The notes under the pieces were generated by a model. That model was not told where the DNA came from, did no database searches, and saw only the letters and a list, made by a program, of their open reading frames with translations. Shown here piece by piece: positions 17,263-25,157 of a stretch of DNA of 64,000 nucleotides. This DNA comes from a virus, in IMG/VR virus record IMGVR_UViG_3300045941_000223, positions 1 through 64,000 of that record; one strand, 5' to 3'. The translations under genes and the position numbers were made by a program. Position 1 is the first letter of the stretch, and each line of letters begins with the position of its first letter.

Positions 17263-17658
17263 TCAGAAGCTGAAGTCGTGGTACTTGGCGCGCTCGCCGA
17301 TCCGCAGGCCGTAGCCTCCGGTCTTGACCAGCCGCCCGGTCTTCTCATTGCGGGCGACTTCGTCCCACATGCCGTGCTTGTTCATCTTGAACAGGTGGAC
17401 GCGGCCGTTCTCGTTGGGCTCGAACAGGTAGGTCTGGCTCTCGCTGAACCCGTTCTTGTCGGTCCGGGTGGCGTTGTCCTCGCGCACCGTGAGCACCGTC
17501 GCGCCGCGCTCGCGGGCGATGCCGATCACCGTGCCGGGGTAGCGGTCGGTCCAAGACAGCATGGTCGCGCCCATGCCGACCGTTGCGTCGGGCTGGCCCT
17601 TCACCGCGCGGGCCAGAACGTGGTTCGTCAAAGAGCCGGTCTGTGTTCCGAGTTTCAT
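17263..17658 (-). CDS. Hypothetical phage protein
   Basis: VGMGAT...WTDRYP...YHDFSF. Confidence 0.7.
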   Translation of the reverse strand: MKLGTQTGSLTNHVLARAVKGQPDATVGMGATMLSWTDRYPGTVIGIARERGATVLTVREDNATRTDKNGFSESQTYLFEPNENGRVHLFKMNKHGMWDEVARNEKTGRLVKTGGYGLRIGERAKYHDFSF

Positions 17659-17673
17659 CGCTTCCTTCTCCCT

Positions 17674-18471
17674 TCACTCTGCAGCAAGGTCTGCGGTCTT
17701 CACCCGCATGACCACCGTCTGCTTCTCGCCGTTGTATTCGCCGTGCTCTTTCACGGTGGCAGTCAGCAGGAACTTCTCGCCCTTCTCGGCGTGGAACCGG
17801 GGGGTCTTGCTCACGATCGCGTTCCCGGCGGCGTCGCGCATGGTCACGATCCAGACCGTTTCCTCGCTATTGCGGAACCCGAACGCGGCCCGCGCGTAGC
17901 TCGCGACCCGCTCGACCGTGACCGCGGCGGTGATCCGCTCGCCGACCTTGCCGACGTGGCCGCTCGCGGCCTTGACGGCGTCTTCGGTGGCGATCCGCTC
18001 GATCGCGGCGGCGAGCGCGGCAGCCTGCTTCTCGGTCAGCTCGGCCTTCTCATGCGCCTTGCGCAGCACGTCGGCGATGAATTCGTTCCGGCCCTTGAAG
18101 GCTTCCGCCTTGGCCAGCAGCTCGCCGTAGGTTTCGAGGAAGCCCGCCCGCTTAGCGTCGGCTTCCGCGGCGGCGGCGGCGGCCAGCTCGGCGGCGACCG
18201 CGGCCTTCTTCGCCGCCCGCTTCGCGGCGGTGGCGTTCAGCTTGGCCAGCTCGGCTTCGGTGTAGAGCCGGACGGTTTCGAGACCCTTGTGGCCGGTGCC
18301 GCCGCAGCCGTAGCAGGTCCAGCCGGTGGCCGCCCAAACGTCGGCACCGCCAGCGCCACCGCAGCGGTGGCAGGTCCGGTGCCTCTGAAAGGCGGGCTTA
18401 CCCTTGCCGGTGAGGTAAACGGCACCGCCGTGGGCGGTGCCAGCTCGGGTGAACAGGGCGGCGGTGGTCAT
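17674..18471 (-). CDS. Zn-finger + OB-fold-like protein
   Basis: CHRCGG...CYGCGGTG; C-terminal HVGKVGER...ATVKEHGEYNGEKQTVVMRV. Confidence 0.7.
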   Translation of the reverse strand: MTTAALFTRAGTAHGGAVYLTGKGKPAFQRHRTCHRCGGAGGADVWAATGWTCYGCGGTGHKGLETVRLYTEAELAKLNATAAKRAAKKAAVAAELAAAAAAEADAKRAGFLETYGELLAKAEAFKGRNEFIADVLRKAHEKAELTEKQAAALAAAIERIATEDAVKAASGHVGKVGERITAAVTVERVASYARAAFGFRNSEETVWIVTMRDAAGNAIVSKTPRFHAEKGEKFLLTATVKEHGEYNGEKQTVVMRVKTADLAAE

Positions 18472-18486
18472 TTTCCCTCCACCCCT

Positions 18487-18516
18487 TATATAGGGCGTAA
18501 TGGCCTATCCCGCAAG
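18487..18516 (-). promoter_or_regulatory. Promoter/operator copy
   Basis: CTTGCGG-N17-TATATA; dyad 18491-18507. Confidence 0.8.
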
Positions 18517-18524
18517 GGGTGCTT

Positions 18525-18833
18525 TCACTCTACTTTCTCGAAGCCGAACCGGGCAACCTTCCAGACTTCCCGGGTGGCAAGGTCGATCGCCACGTCGCCG
18601 ACCGACATGCTGGTATGCCGCAACCCGAGCGCCTTGATCATGCCGAAGGCTTCGCCGTTGGGCGACCAGCGCTCGCCCTGCATCTCGACGAACACCGCTT
18701 CGAGGTTGTCCGCTTCGATCTCGCGCAGGCGGATGTGGGTCTTACCGAGATCGGCCGCGATCGGCTTGCCGAGCCCGCAGATGCCGTCGCGGAAGTGCTC
18801 GGGCCGCATGTACCAGACTTCGAACTTGCGCAT
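18525..18833 (-). CDS. YodL-like domain protein
   Basis: HTSMSVGDV...GFEKV signature. Confidence 0.65.
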   Translation of the reverse strand: MRKFEVWYMRPEHFRDGICGLGKPIAADLGKTHIRLREIEADNLEAVFVEMQGERWSPNGEAFGMIKALGLRHTSMSVGDVAIDLATREVWKVARFGFEKVE

Positions 18834-18836
18834 CGC

Positions 18837-19166
18837 TCAGTACTCCGCTGCCAGCATGATGGTCAGCACCCGGCCCGTGACCTTGGGATCGGCAGGGTCT
18901 TCGCTGCCGTACTCGAATGCCTTGTCGTAGTAGTCGATCTTGAAGAACGCCTTCTCGCCGTTGACCTCGATCGCGCCGAAGTCGTGCTCGCCGTACGGGT
19001 CGTCGCCGTCCGTGAAGTCCTTGAACTCGCGCACCTTGGTCAGGAAGTCCTCGCGCTTGTCGTGGTCGCGGATGCCTTCGGTGAGAACCACCCGGCCGAG
19101 CTGCGGCAGGAACGTGCCGCGCAACAGGTCGTTCAATTCGCGGATCTTGGCAGTCTTGTCGGTCAT
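18837..19166 (-). CDS. DUF3768-family protein
   Basis: IRELNDLLR...DPYGEHDFG...FFKIDYYD...RVLTIMLAAEY. Confidence 0.85.
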   Translation of the reverse strand: MTDKTAKIRELNDLLRGTFLPQLGRVVLTEGIRDHDKREDFLTKVREFKDFTDGDDPYGEHDFGAIEVNGEKAFFKIDYYDKAFEYGSEDPADPKVTGRVLTIMLAAEY

Positions 19167-19354
19167 CGGTCACCTTTCTTGATGGCGTCTTGCCGTTCAG
19201 TTTCGAGTCGGAACATGCGGGCGTTCAGGCTGTATGCCTCGCCGCTGAGCCCGCCGTTGAAGCAGGACGTTCGCCTGATGCCCTTGGCGCGCATCTCGGC
19301 GCGGGTCTCGCGTAGCTCTCGGTTGATCTCTTTGAGCGTGCGGTTGCCGAACAC
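19163..19354 (-). CDS. Hypothetical protein
   Basis: Coupled ORF with RBS. Confidence 0.55.
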   Translation of the reverse strand: MFGNRTLKEINRELRETRAEMRAKGIRRTSCFNGGLSGEAYSLNARMFRLETERQDAIKKGDR

Positions 19355-19403
19355 GTCGTGTCCTTTCAGGTGTGACCGCCGGGCGAACCCGGCGGCCGGT
19401 GGT

Positions 19404-19847
19404 TCAGTCCATCCGAGATCCGGCGTAGGCTTTGACGCCCAGCTCGGTGGTCAGCACTTCCGCCATCGCGCGGGCGGCGGCTTCCTTCCGCTCCAGCGAC
19501 TGACCGAAGTCAGAGATCCAGATATCGACGCCGCCGCGGTAGGCCGCCCGGGCCAGCTTGTTCTTGACCAGCCACTTGGCGAAGCTCGACGTGCCGGGAT
19601 AGACCGTTACCCACGCGAACCCGCAGACCCCTTCCGCTTCGTACCAGCGGTTGCCGCCCTCGACCGGCTTCCCGGCGAGATCGGCGTCGAACACGACCAT
19701 GGCGCGGGGCTTGGCGGCCTCGCCCGCGGCCTTGGCGGCGGCGGCGGCCTTGGCGTAGGCGGCCTCGAAGGCGGCGTAGCGGGCCTTGCGGGCCTTGGTT
19801 TCCGCGGCGATCTTCTCGCGGAGCGAACCATATTCAACGGCAGTCAT
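19404..19847 (-). CDS. Hypothetical phage protein
   Basis: GVCGFAWV...QSLERKEAAARAMA...SRMD. Confidence 0.7.
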   Translation of the reverse strand: MTAVEYGSLREKIAAETKARKARYAAFEAAYAKAAAAAKAAGEAAKPRAMVVFDADLAGKPVEGGNRWYEAEGVCGFAWVTVYPGTSSFAKWLVKNKLARAAYRGGVDIWISDFGQSLERKEAAARAMAEVLTTELGVKAYAGSRMD

Positions 19848-19923
19848 TCGTCCTTCCCTTTCCGGAGAGCCGGGCGTGTCACGCGGTGGCCACCGCCATC
19901 CGGCTCTCCCTCTCTCCACTACT

Positions 19924-19961
19924 TATATAGGGCGTGGTGGCCTATAGGGCAAGGGGGCCTA
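19924..19961 (-). promoter_or_regulatory. Promoter with two abutting TAGG-N9-CCTA boxes
   Basis: Boxes at 19928-19944 and 19945-19961; nearly identical to 16332-16368. Confidence 0.8.
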
Positions 19962-20531
19962 TCCGGTGACGACCAACAAATTTTCGCGGGCTCGGGCGGT
20001 CAGCCGGTAGAGCACGTAGTCGTTCCGGAACAGAACCTTCCGGCCACGCTTCACGACCGTGAAGGTGTCGATCTTCGCCCCGTTGCGGAACTCCATCGGC
20101 GCGGGGAGCTTGACGACCATCCCGGCCCGGAGCTTGGGGGCGGCCTTGCGCCGGTCGATGTTGGCCCGGCAGCGAGCGCGCCAGTCGCGTGCGTACTTGG
20201 CACCGTCGCCCTTGGCGTCGTCGGCGATCGGCGACAAGAAATCGAGGACCGCGGCGGGCGCGGTGCTCTCGACCGGGCCCATGAACTCGTCCATGTCCTT
20301 CCAGCCGAAGTTGTAGTCGCCCTTGGCCCACTTGGTCAGGAGCACCAGCGCGACCCGAACCTTGCCGTTGGCGTCCGGCACCAGCCGGGCTTCCTTCTCG
20401 GCATCAAGCTCGATGACGGCGTAGAACACCCCGGCCTTGGTGGCCGTGGCCTTGAACTTCATCCCGAACTCGCGCTCGAACCAGTCGGCGGTGGTCACGC
20501 CCTTCGGGCGGTAGGTATACGTCCAACCCAT
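19959..20531 (-). CDS. DUF6927-like protein
   Basis: MGW...FYA...FGWKDMDEFMGP...A.DWRARC. Confidence 0.7.
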   Translation of the reverse strand: MGWTYTYRPKGVTTADWFEREFGMKFKATATKAGVFYAVIELDAEKEARLVPDANGKVRVALVLLTKWAKGDYNFGWKDMDEFMGPVESTAPAAVLDFLSPIADDAKGDGAKYARDWRARCRANIDRRKAAPKLRAGMVVKLPAPMEFRNGAKIDTFTVVKRGRKVLFRNDYVLYRLTARARENLLVVTG

Positions 20532-20547
20532 CAGCTTGCTTCCTTCC

Positions 20548-20763
20548 TCACATGAGCACCCGGTTCCCAGCCACCTTGGCGGTGGCGAGCGGGATCAGCG
20601 CAGCGACCGAGAAATTGACCATGGCGCGGTGCTTGGTTCTGACCCGCTTTGCGTGAGCAACCGCCGCGGCGTCCTTGGCGGTTGCGAACTTCCAGATGTC
20701 GCCGTTGGCGTCCTTGAGCCAACCAGCAACACCACCGATGACCGTCCAGATTCCGAAGAACAT
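20548..20763 (-). CDS. Hypothetical protein
   Basis: MFFGIWTVIGG...; the frame is open further upstream to 20973. Confidence 0.5.
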   Translation of the reverse strand: MFFGIWTVIGGVAGWLKDANGDIWKFATAKDAAAVAHAKRVRTKHRAMVNFSVAALIPLATAKVAGNRVLM

Positions 20764-20977
20764 CGCTCTTGGGCCGCGGGCCGGGGGCTCAAATCGGCAG
20801 TCGGACCGGTCTCGTAGCGGGGGCTCTAGATCCCGCGTTCCTGCCGCTGCCGTCAGACGGAGGGGAGGTTGTGTGGCCCGGTGCGTAGGCAATCCCGTCT
20901 CCCCGGACCCCAAGCACGCATCCTCAGTCCGTTCCGCAATCTCTTCCGGCCTTTCCGGCTTCCCTCCTTCCACTACT

Positions 20978-21023
20978 TATATAGGCCATGGTGGCCTACT
21001 TTCAAGTAGGGCGTGGGAGCCTA
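20978..21023 (-). promoter_or_regulatory. Leftward promoter plus two operator boxes at the divergence with the capsid gene
   Basis: CTTGAAA-N17-TATATA; dyads at 20982-20998 and 21007-21023. Confidence 0.8.
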
Positions 21024-21048
21024 GCGGAAATAAAAGTAGGAGAGTTCC

Positions 21049-23304
21049 ATGCCGATGAAGCCAAAGGATGGCGAGAGCCGATCGGATTTTCTCAGCCGCT
21101 GCGTCCCCGAGATGATGGGTGACGGGAAGCGCGAGAAGGATCAGGCGGTCGCAGCCTGCATCAGCATGTACGGGCAGAAGGGATACCTCGAAGCGGGCGG
21201 GCACTGTGAGCCAGAGCCCGGCGAGGACTACAACGATTTCATCGAACGCTGCATCGATGAAGGTGGCGACGAAGAAGAGTGCCACCTGATCTGGGAAGAC
21301 GAGGGCGAGAAGTCCGCCAGCGGCCGTCGCCTCAAGCACAAGACGCACGCGTCGCCGAGCGAGAGCGGGATGATGTTCATCCTGAGCGACGACACGCCCG
21401 ATCGGATGGGCGACGTGATCGTGGCCGAGGGCTGGGATCTTACGAACTTTCGAAAAAATCCCGTGGCTCTCTTCAATCACAATCCGGATTTTGTGATCGG
21501 CATGTGGAAGTCGTTGTGGATCGAAGGCAATTCTCTGCGCGGGCATCTGCAGCTCGCGCCCGAGGGAACCTCCGCTCGCATCGACGAGATCCGCAAGCTG
21601 GTCGATGCAGGAATCTTGCGTGCCACTTCGGTCGGCTTCCGTCCGATCGACAGTGAACCGCGCAAGTCGTCGGAGCCGATGGGCGGCATCACCTACAAGC
21701 GTTGCGAGCTGATCGAGACCTCACTGGTCGCGGTGCCAGCCAACCCCAACGCTCTGGCGGTCGCCAAGTCACTCCGCGTTTCGTCCGGGACGATCGATCT
21801 CGTTTTTGCCAAGCACGGCAAGGGAAACGGGAACGCTCGCCGGGGCGCTCACGGCAAGCACGCCGACACGTCTCGAAGTGGAAAGTCCAAAGCCATGACT
21901 ACACTGGCGCAACGCGTCACAGACGCACAGGCCCGGTTGCTGAACTTGCGTGACCAGCTCACCGAGCATCTGAAGTCCGTCGATGACACTGCCGTCACCG
22001 ACGAGCAGATCACGCTCACCAACGAACTCAATGCCAAGATCACGCAGGAAGAGAAGGGGCTTGGCGCTCTGCGTGACGCCGAAGCGAGGCTGGCCAGCGC
22101 GGCCAACAACGCCAGCGGCGGCGGCGACGGCGGTAACGGTGGCGGCACCGTCGTGAAGAATGGCGGCAGCGTCGATACCGCCAAGCGGCCGTTCGGCCTG
22201 CCGGTGCGCAAGATGGACCCGCTCGAATATCTCGTTCGCGCGGGCACCGTGCGCTATATGTCGAAGGTCACCGGCGACAGCATCGACGTTTGCCGACAGA
22301 AGATTTACGGCAACGACGAAGCCACCAAGGTGATCGTCGATTACTGCGCCAAGGCGGCAAGCGCTCCAGCGTTGACCACGGTTGCGGGCTGGGCGGCCGA
22401 GCTGGTCCAGCAGGTCAACGCGTCGTTCATGGAAACCCTGCAGCCGCAGGCGGTGTTTCCGCAGTTGTCGGCACTCGGCATGTCGCTGAGCTTCGGGCGC
22501 AACGGTCGCATCGCCGTTCCGACTCGGGCGGCGACGCCGACCATCGCGGGATCGTTCGTCGGTGAAGGTCAGCCGATCCCGGTCCGTCAGGCCGCATTCT
22601 CGTCGGTGCTCTTGACCCCCAAGAAAATGGCCGTGATCACCAGTTGGTCCAGAGAGATTGACGAGCATTCGGTGCCCGCGATCGAGGGCTTGCTGCGCAA
22701 CGCGATCCAAGAGGACACCGCGGTGTCGATCGACTCGGTGCTGCTCGACAGCAACGCGGCGACCGCCATCCGTCCGGCTGGCATTCGCAACGGCGTGGTC
22801 GGTCTCACGCCGACCGCGGGCGGCGGGTTCGCCGCACTGGTGGGCGATATCAAGCAGCTCACCGGCGCACTGCTGACGGCCACCAACGGCAACATCCGCA
22901 ACATGGCCTTCATCATGAACCCGCAGCAGGCGCTGAGCATCAGCCTGATCCAGCCACCAGTCCCGGGCGGGCTGTTCCCGTTTGCCGACGAAGTGGCGGC
23001 CGGGCGGTTGCGCGGTGCCAAGCTGATCACGTCCGGCACCGTGCCGGTCTCCACCGTGATCTGCATCGACGCTGCGGACTTCGTGGTGGTCGGAGGCGAA
23101 GCCCCTCGCTTCGAGATCAGCGATCAGGCGACGCTTCATATGGAGGATACGACTCCGCTGCCGATCGTCGCGGGCACCACCGCTGCCGATCCGACGCGTT
23201 CGTTGTGGCAGACGGATTCGCTCGCTCTGAGGCTCATCCTTCCTCTGAATTGGGCTCTCAGGCGCACCGGCACCGTCTCTTGGCTCACCGCGGTCACGTG
23301 GTGA
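21049..23304 (+). CDS. Prohead protease (HK97/S78-like) fused to major capsid protein
   Basis: DRMGDVI...NPVALFNH...SVGF...ETSLVAVPANPNA; coiled-coil delta-like region; HK97-fold motifs FVGEGQPIP, LTPKKMAVI, SLWQTDSLALR. Confidence 0.93.
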   Translation: MPMKPKDGESRSDFLSRCVPEMMGDGKREKDQAVAACISMYGQKGYLEAGGHCEPEPGEDYNDFIERCIDEGGDEEECHLIWEDEGEKSASGRRLKHKTHASPSESGMMFILSDDTPDRMGDVIVAEGWDLTNFRKNPVALFNHNPDFVIGMWKSLWIEGNSLRGHLQLAPEGTSARIDEIRKLVDAGILRATSVGFRPIDSEPRKSSEPMGGITYKRCELIETSLVAVPANPNALAVAKSLRVSSGTIDLVFAKHGKGNGNARRGAHGKHADTSRSGKSKAMTTLAQRVTDAQARLLNLRDQLTEHLKSVDDTAVTDEQITLTNELNAKITQEEKGLGALRDAEARLASAANNASGGGDGGNGGGTVVKNGGSVDTAKRPFGLPVRKMDPLEYLVRAGTVRYMSKVTGDSIDVCRQKIYGNDEATKVIVDYCAKAASAPALTTVAGWAAELVQQVNASFMETLQPQAVFPQLSALGMSLSFGRNGRIAVPTRAATPTIAGSFVGEGQPIPVRQAAFSSVLLTPKKMAVITSWSREIDEHSVPAIEGLLRNAIQEDTAVSIDSVLLDSNAATAIRPAGIRNGVVGLTPTAGGGFAALVGDIKQLTGALLTATNGNIRNMAFIMNPQQALSISLIQPPVPGGLFPFADEVAAGRLRGAKLITSGTVPVSTVICIDAADFVVVGGEAPRFEISDQATLHMEDTTPLPIVAGTTAADPTRSLWQTDSLALRLILPLNWALRRTGTVSWLTAVTW

Positions 23305-23415
23305 TTTGGCAAACGGTTTGGCAAACGGAACATTTTGTTCGCGTTTGTTCGCTTTGCGTACAGCTCCGTGTGCCAAATCTGATCTGAACTTCGAACGATC
23401 GGAAAGGAGATCATC

Positions 23416-23700
23416 ATGGCCGATCAAGCAGAGACCGCGGCGAGGAAAGTCATCGCGGAAAACAAGGCAGCCCGCACAGCGGCGGTGAAGGAGGGCAACC
23501 CGGCAGAGGGGAGCACGCCGACGCCGACGCAGGAAGAGAACGATCTCGCCAAGCTCGGCGTGGTCGTTGATCCGAAGGCCGACGACGGTTCCGGACCGGA
23601 GATGCAGATGCAGATGGTCCGGCGGACAGTCGAGGCCAAGCCAGCGCAGGCTGGCTACGCCACCCGCAGCGTCGCACCAGCTTCAAAGCCGAAGGAATGA
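23416..23700 (+). CDS. Hypothetical head-associated protein
   Basis: PTPTQEENDLAKLG; AGGAG RBS. Confidence 0.7.
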   Translation: MADQAETAARKVIAENKAARTAAVKEGNPAEGSTPTPTQEENDLAKLGVVVDPKADDGSGPEMQMQMVRRTVEAKPAQAGYATRSVAPASKPKE

Positions 23701-25157
23701 GCAGAGTTCGTAGGCTCATATCTCGTCTCGGCGGCGCGTTGGTTCAGCGCGCCGCCGAAGGCGAATATCGCCCCGGTCCGTACCATCTTCCGGTCACGGG
23801 CGGCTGGCTCAGCGCCGAGGCCGGTCAGTACTGGAATTGGTGGCAGAACGGATACGATGTCGAAAGCCGATCGAGTCAGTCGGCCATGGTCGAGGCGTGC
23901 GTCTCGGCCTACGCACAGACCGTTGCAATGTGCCCGGGGGATCACTGGCGCGCGAACACCAAGGGCGGACGCGACCGGATCATCAACTCGTCGCTCTCGC
24001 GCGTGCTGCGCAAGCCGAACTACTACCAGAGCATGAGCGACTTCATGCTCAATGCCACCCGCTCGCTCTATCTCGACGGCAATGCCTATGCGCTGGCGGT
24101 GCGCAATGATCGCTACGAGATCGTCGAATTGCACCTGATGGACCCGCGCCAGTCCACTCCGATGGTCGCGCGCCAGACCGGCGATGTGTTCTATCGCTTG
24201 GGCGGCAATGACGTGATCGATTACCGGCTCGGCTATCAGCTCGGTTACGAAGAGACGCTGGTGCCGATGCGCGACGTGCTGCACATCCGGCTGCACAGCG
24301 GCAAACGGCATCCGCGCCCGTTGTTGGGCGAGTCGCCATTGACTGCGGCGCTGGCCGATCTGGCGGCATCGTCGGCGATCCTCGATCAGCAGATCCAGTT
24401 CTACATGAACCAAGCGCGGCCGAGCGCCGTGCTGTCCACCGATCTGGTGCTCTCGCCCGAGCAGACGGCGGCGCTGCGGGATCGCTGGAACGAGCAGGCC
24501 AAGGGGCTGTGCTCCGGTGGCGTTCCGATCCTGACCGCCGGGCTGAAGGTGCAGCCGTGGGGGCAGAGCCCGAAGGACTCCGAGCTGGCGGAAGTGATGA
24601 AGCTGACCGATCAGAAGATCGCGCTCGCCTTCCGCGTTCCGTTGCAGATCCTTGGGCTCGGCGGACCGGCATCGTCCACCGAGATGATGATGCAATCGTG
24701 GATCGCCACCGGTCTCGGCTTTGCGCTGAACCACATCGAGGAATCATTCGGCCTGCTGTTCGAGTTGCGCGGTCAGCCCGACGAGTACGTGGAGTTCGAT
24801 ACCGCAGCATTGCTGCGCACCGCCTTCAAGGATCGCATCGACGCGCTGGTGCGCGGTGTGCAGGGCGGCGTCATGGCTCCGAACGAGGCCCGAAATCTCG
24901 AAGGCTACGATTCCGTACCGCATGGATCGGAGCCGAGAGTGCAGCAGCAGGTTGTCCCGCTTTCGGCTGCGGCAGCAATTCCTGCCGCGCCGCCGTCACC
25001 CGGACAGCCGTCGTCTGCTGCGCAGAAGATCACCGAAGAGAAGCCCGAACCCAAGCCCGAGCCGAAACCGGCGAAGGACTATGCAAATGACCTCCAACGG
25101 GAAATCCGAAACATTCGGTCAGCCGCCGAGCGAATCGCACGCCGACGTACTGCTTGA
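23697..25157 (+). CDS. Portal protein (HK97 family)
   Basis: VEACVSAYAQTVA, GNAYA, VLHIR, GESPL, IALAFRVP, PNEARNLEG. Confidence 0.93.
   Translation: MSRVRRLISRLGGALVQRAAEGEYRPGPYHLPVTGGWLSAEAGQYWNWWQNGYDVESRSSQSAMVEACVSAYAQTVAMCPGDHWRANTKGGRDRIINSSLSRVLRKPNYYQSMSDFMLNATRSLYLDGNAYALAVRNDRYEIVELHLMDPRQSTPMVARQTGDVFYRLGGNDVIDYRLGYQLGYEETLVPMRDVLHIRLHSGKRHPRPLLGESPLTAALADLAASSAILDQQIQFYMNQARPSAVLSTDLVLSPEQTAALRDRWNEQAKGLCSGGVPILTAGLKVQPWGQSPKDSELAEVMKLTDQKIALAFRVPLQILGLGGPASSTEMMMQSWIATGLGFALNHIEESFGLLFELRGQPDEYVEFDTAALLRTAFKDRIDALVRGVQGGVMAPNEARNLEGYDSVPHGSEPRVQQQVVPLSAAAAIPAAPPSPGQPSSAAQKITEEKPEPKPEPKPAKDYANDLQREIRNIRSAAERIARRRTA

Noticed and set aside
16624-20555. Long + strand ORFs (768 aa, 678 aa)
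   Set aside because: Antisense shadows of coupled - strand genes that have RBSs and recognisable motifs.
20880-20960. Hammerhead ribozyme (CTGAGGA on the - strand)
   Set aside because: The stem after CTGAGGA is not followed by GAAA, so the core is incomplete.
14544-21023. Repeats as a CRISPR array or integron attC sites
   Set aside because: Spacing is irregular (0.3-2 kb, with copies about 40 kb away), they separate whole operons, and they match promoter geometry; no cas or integrase gene was seen.
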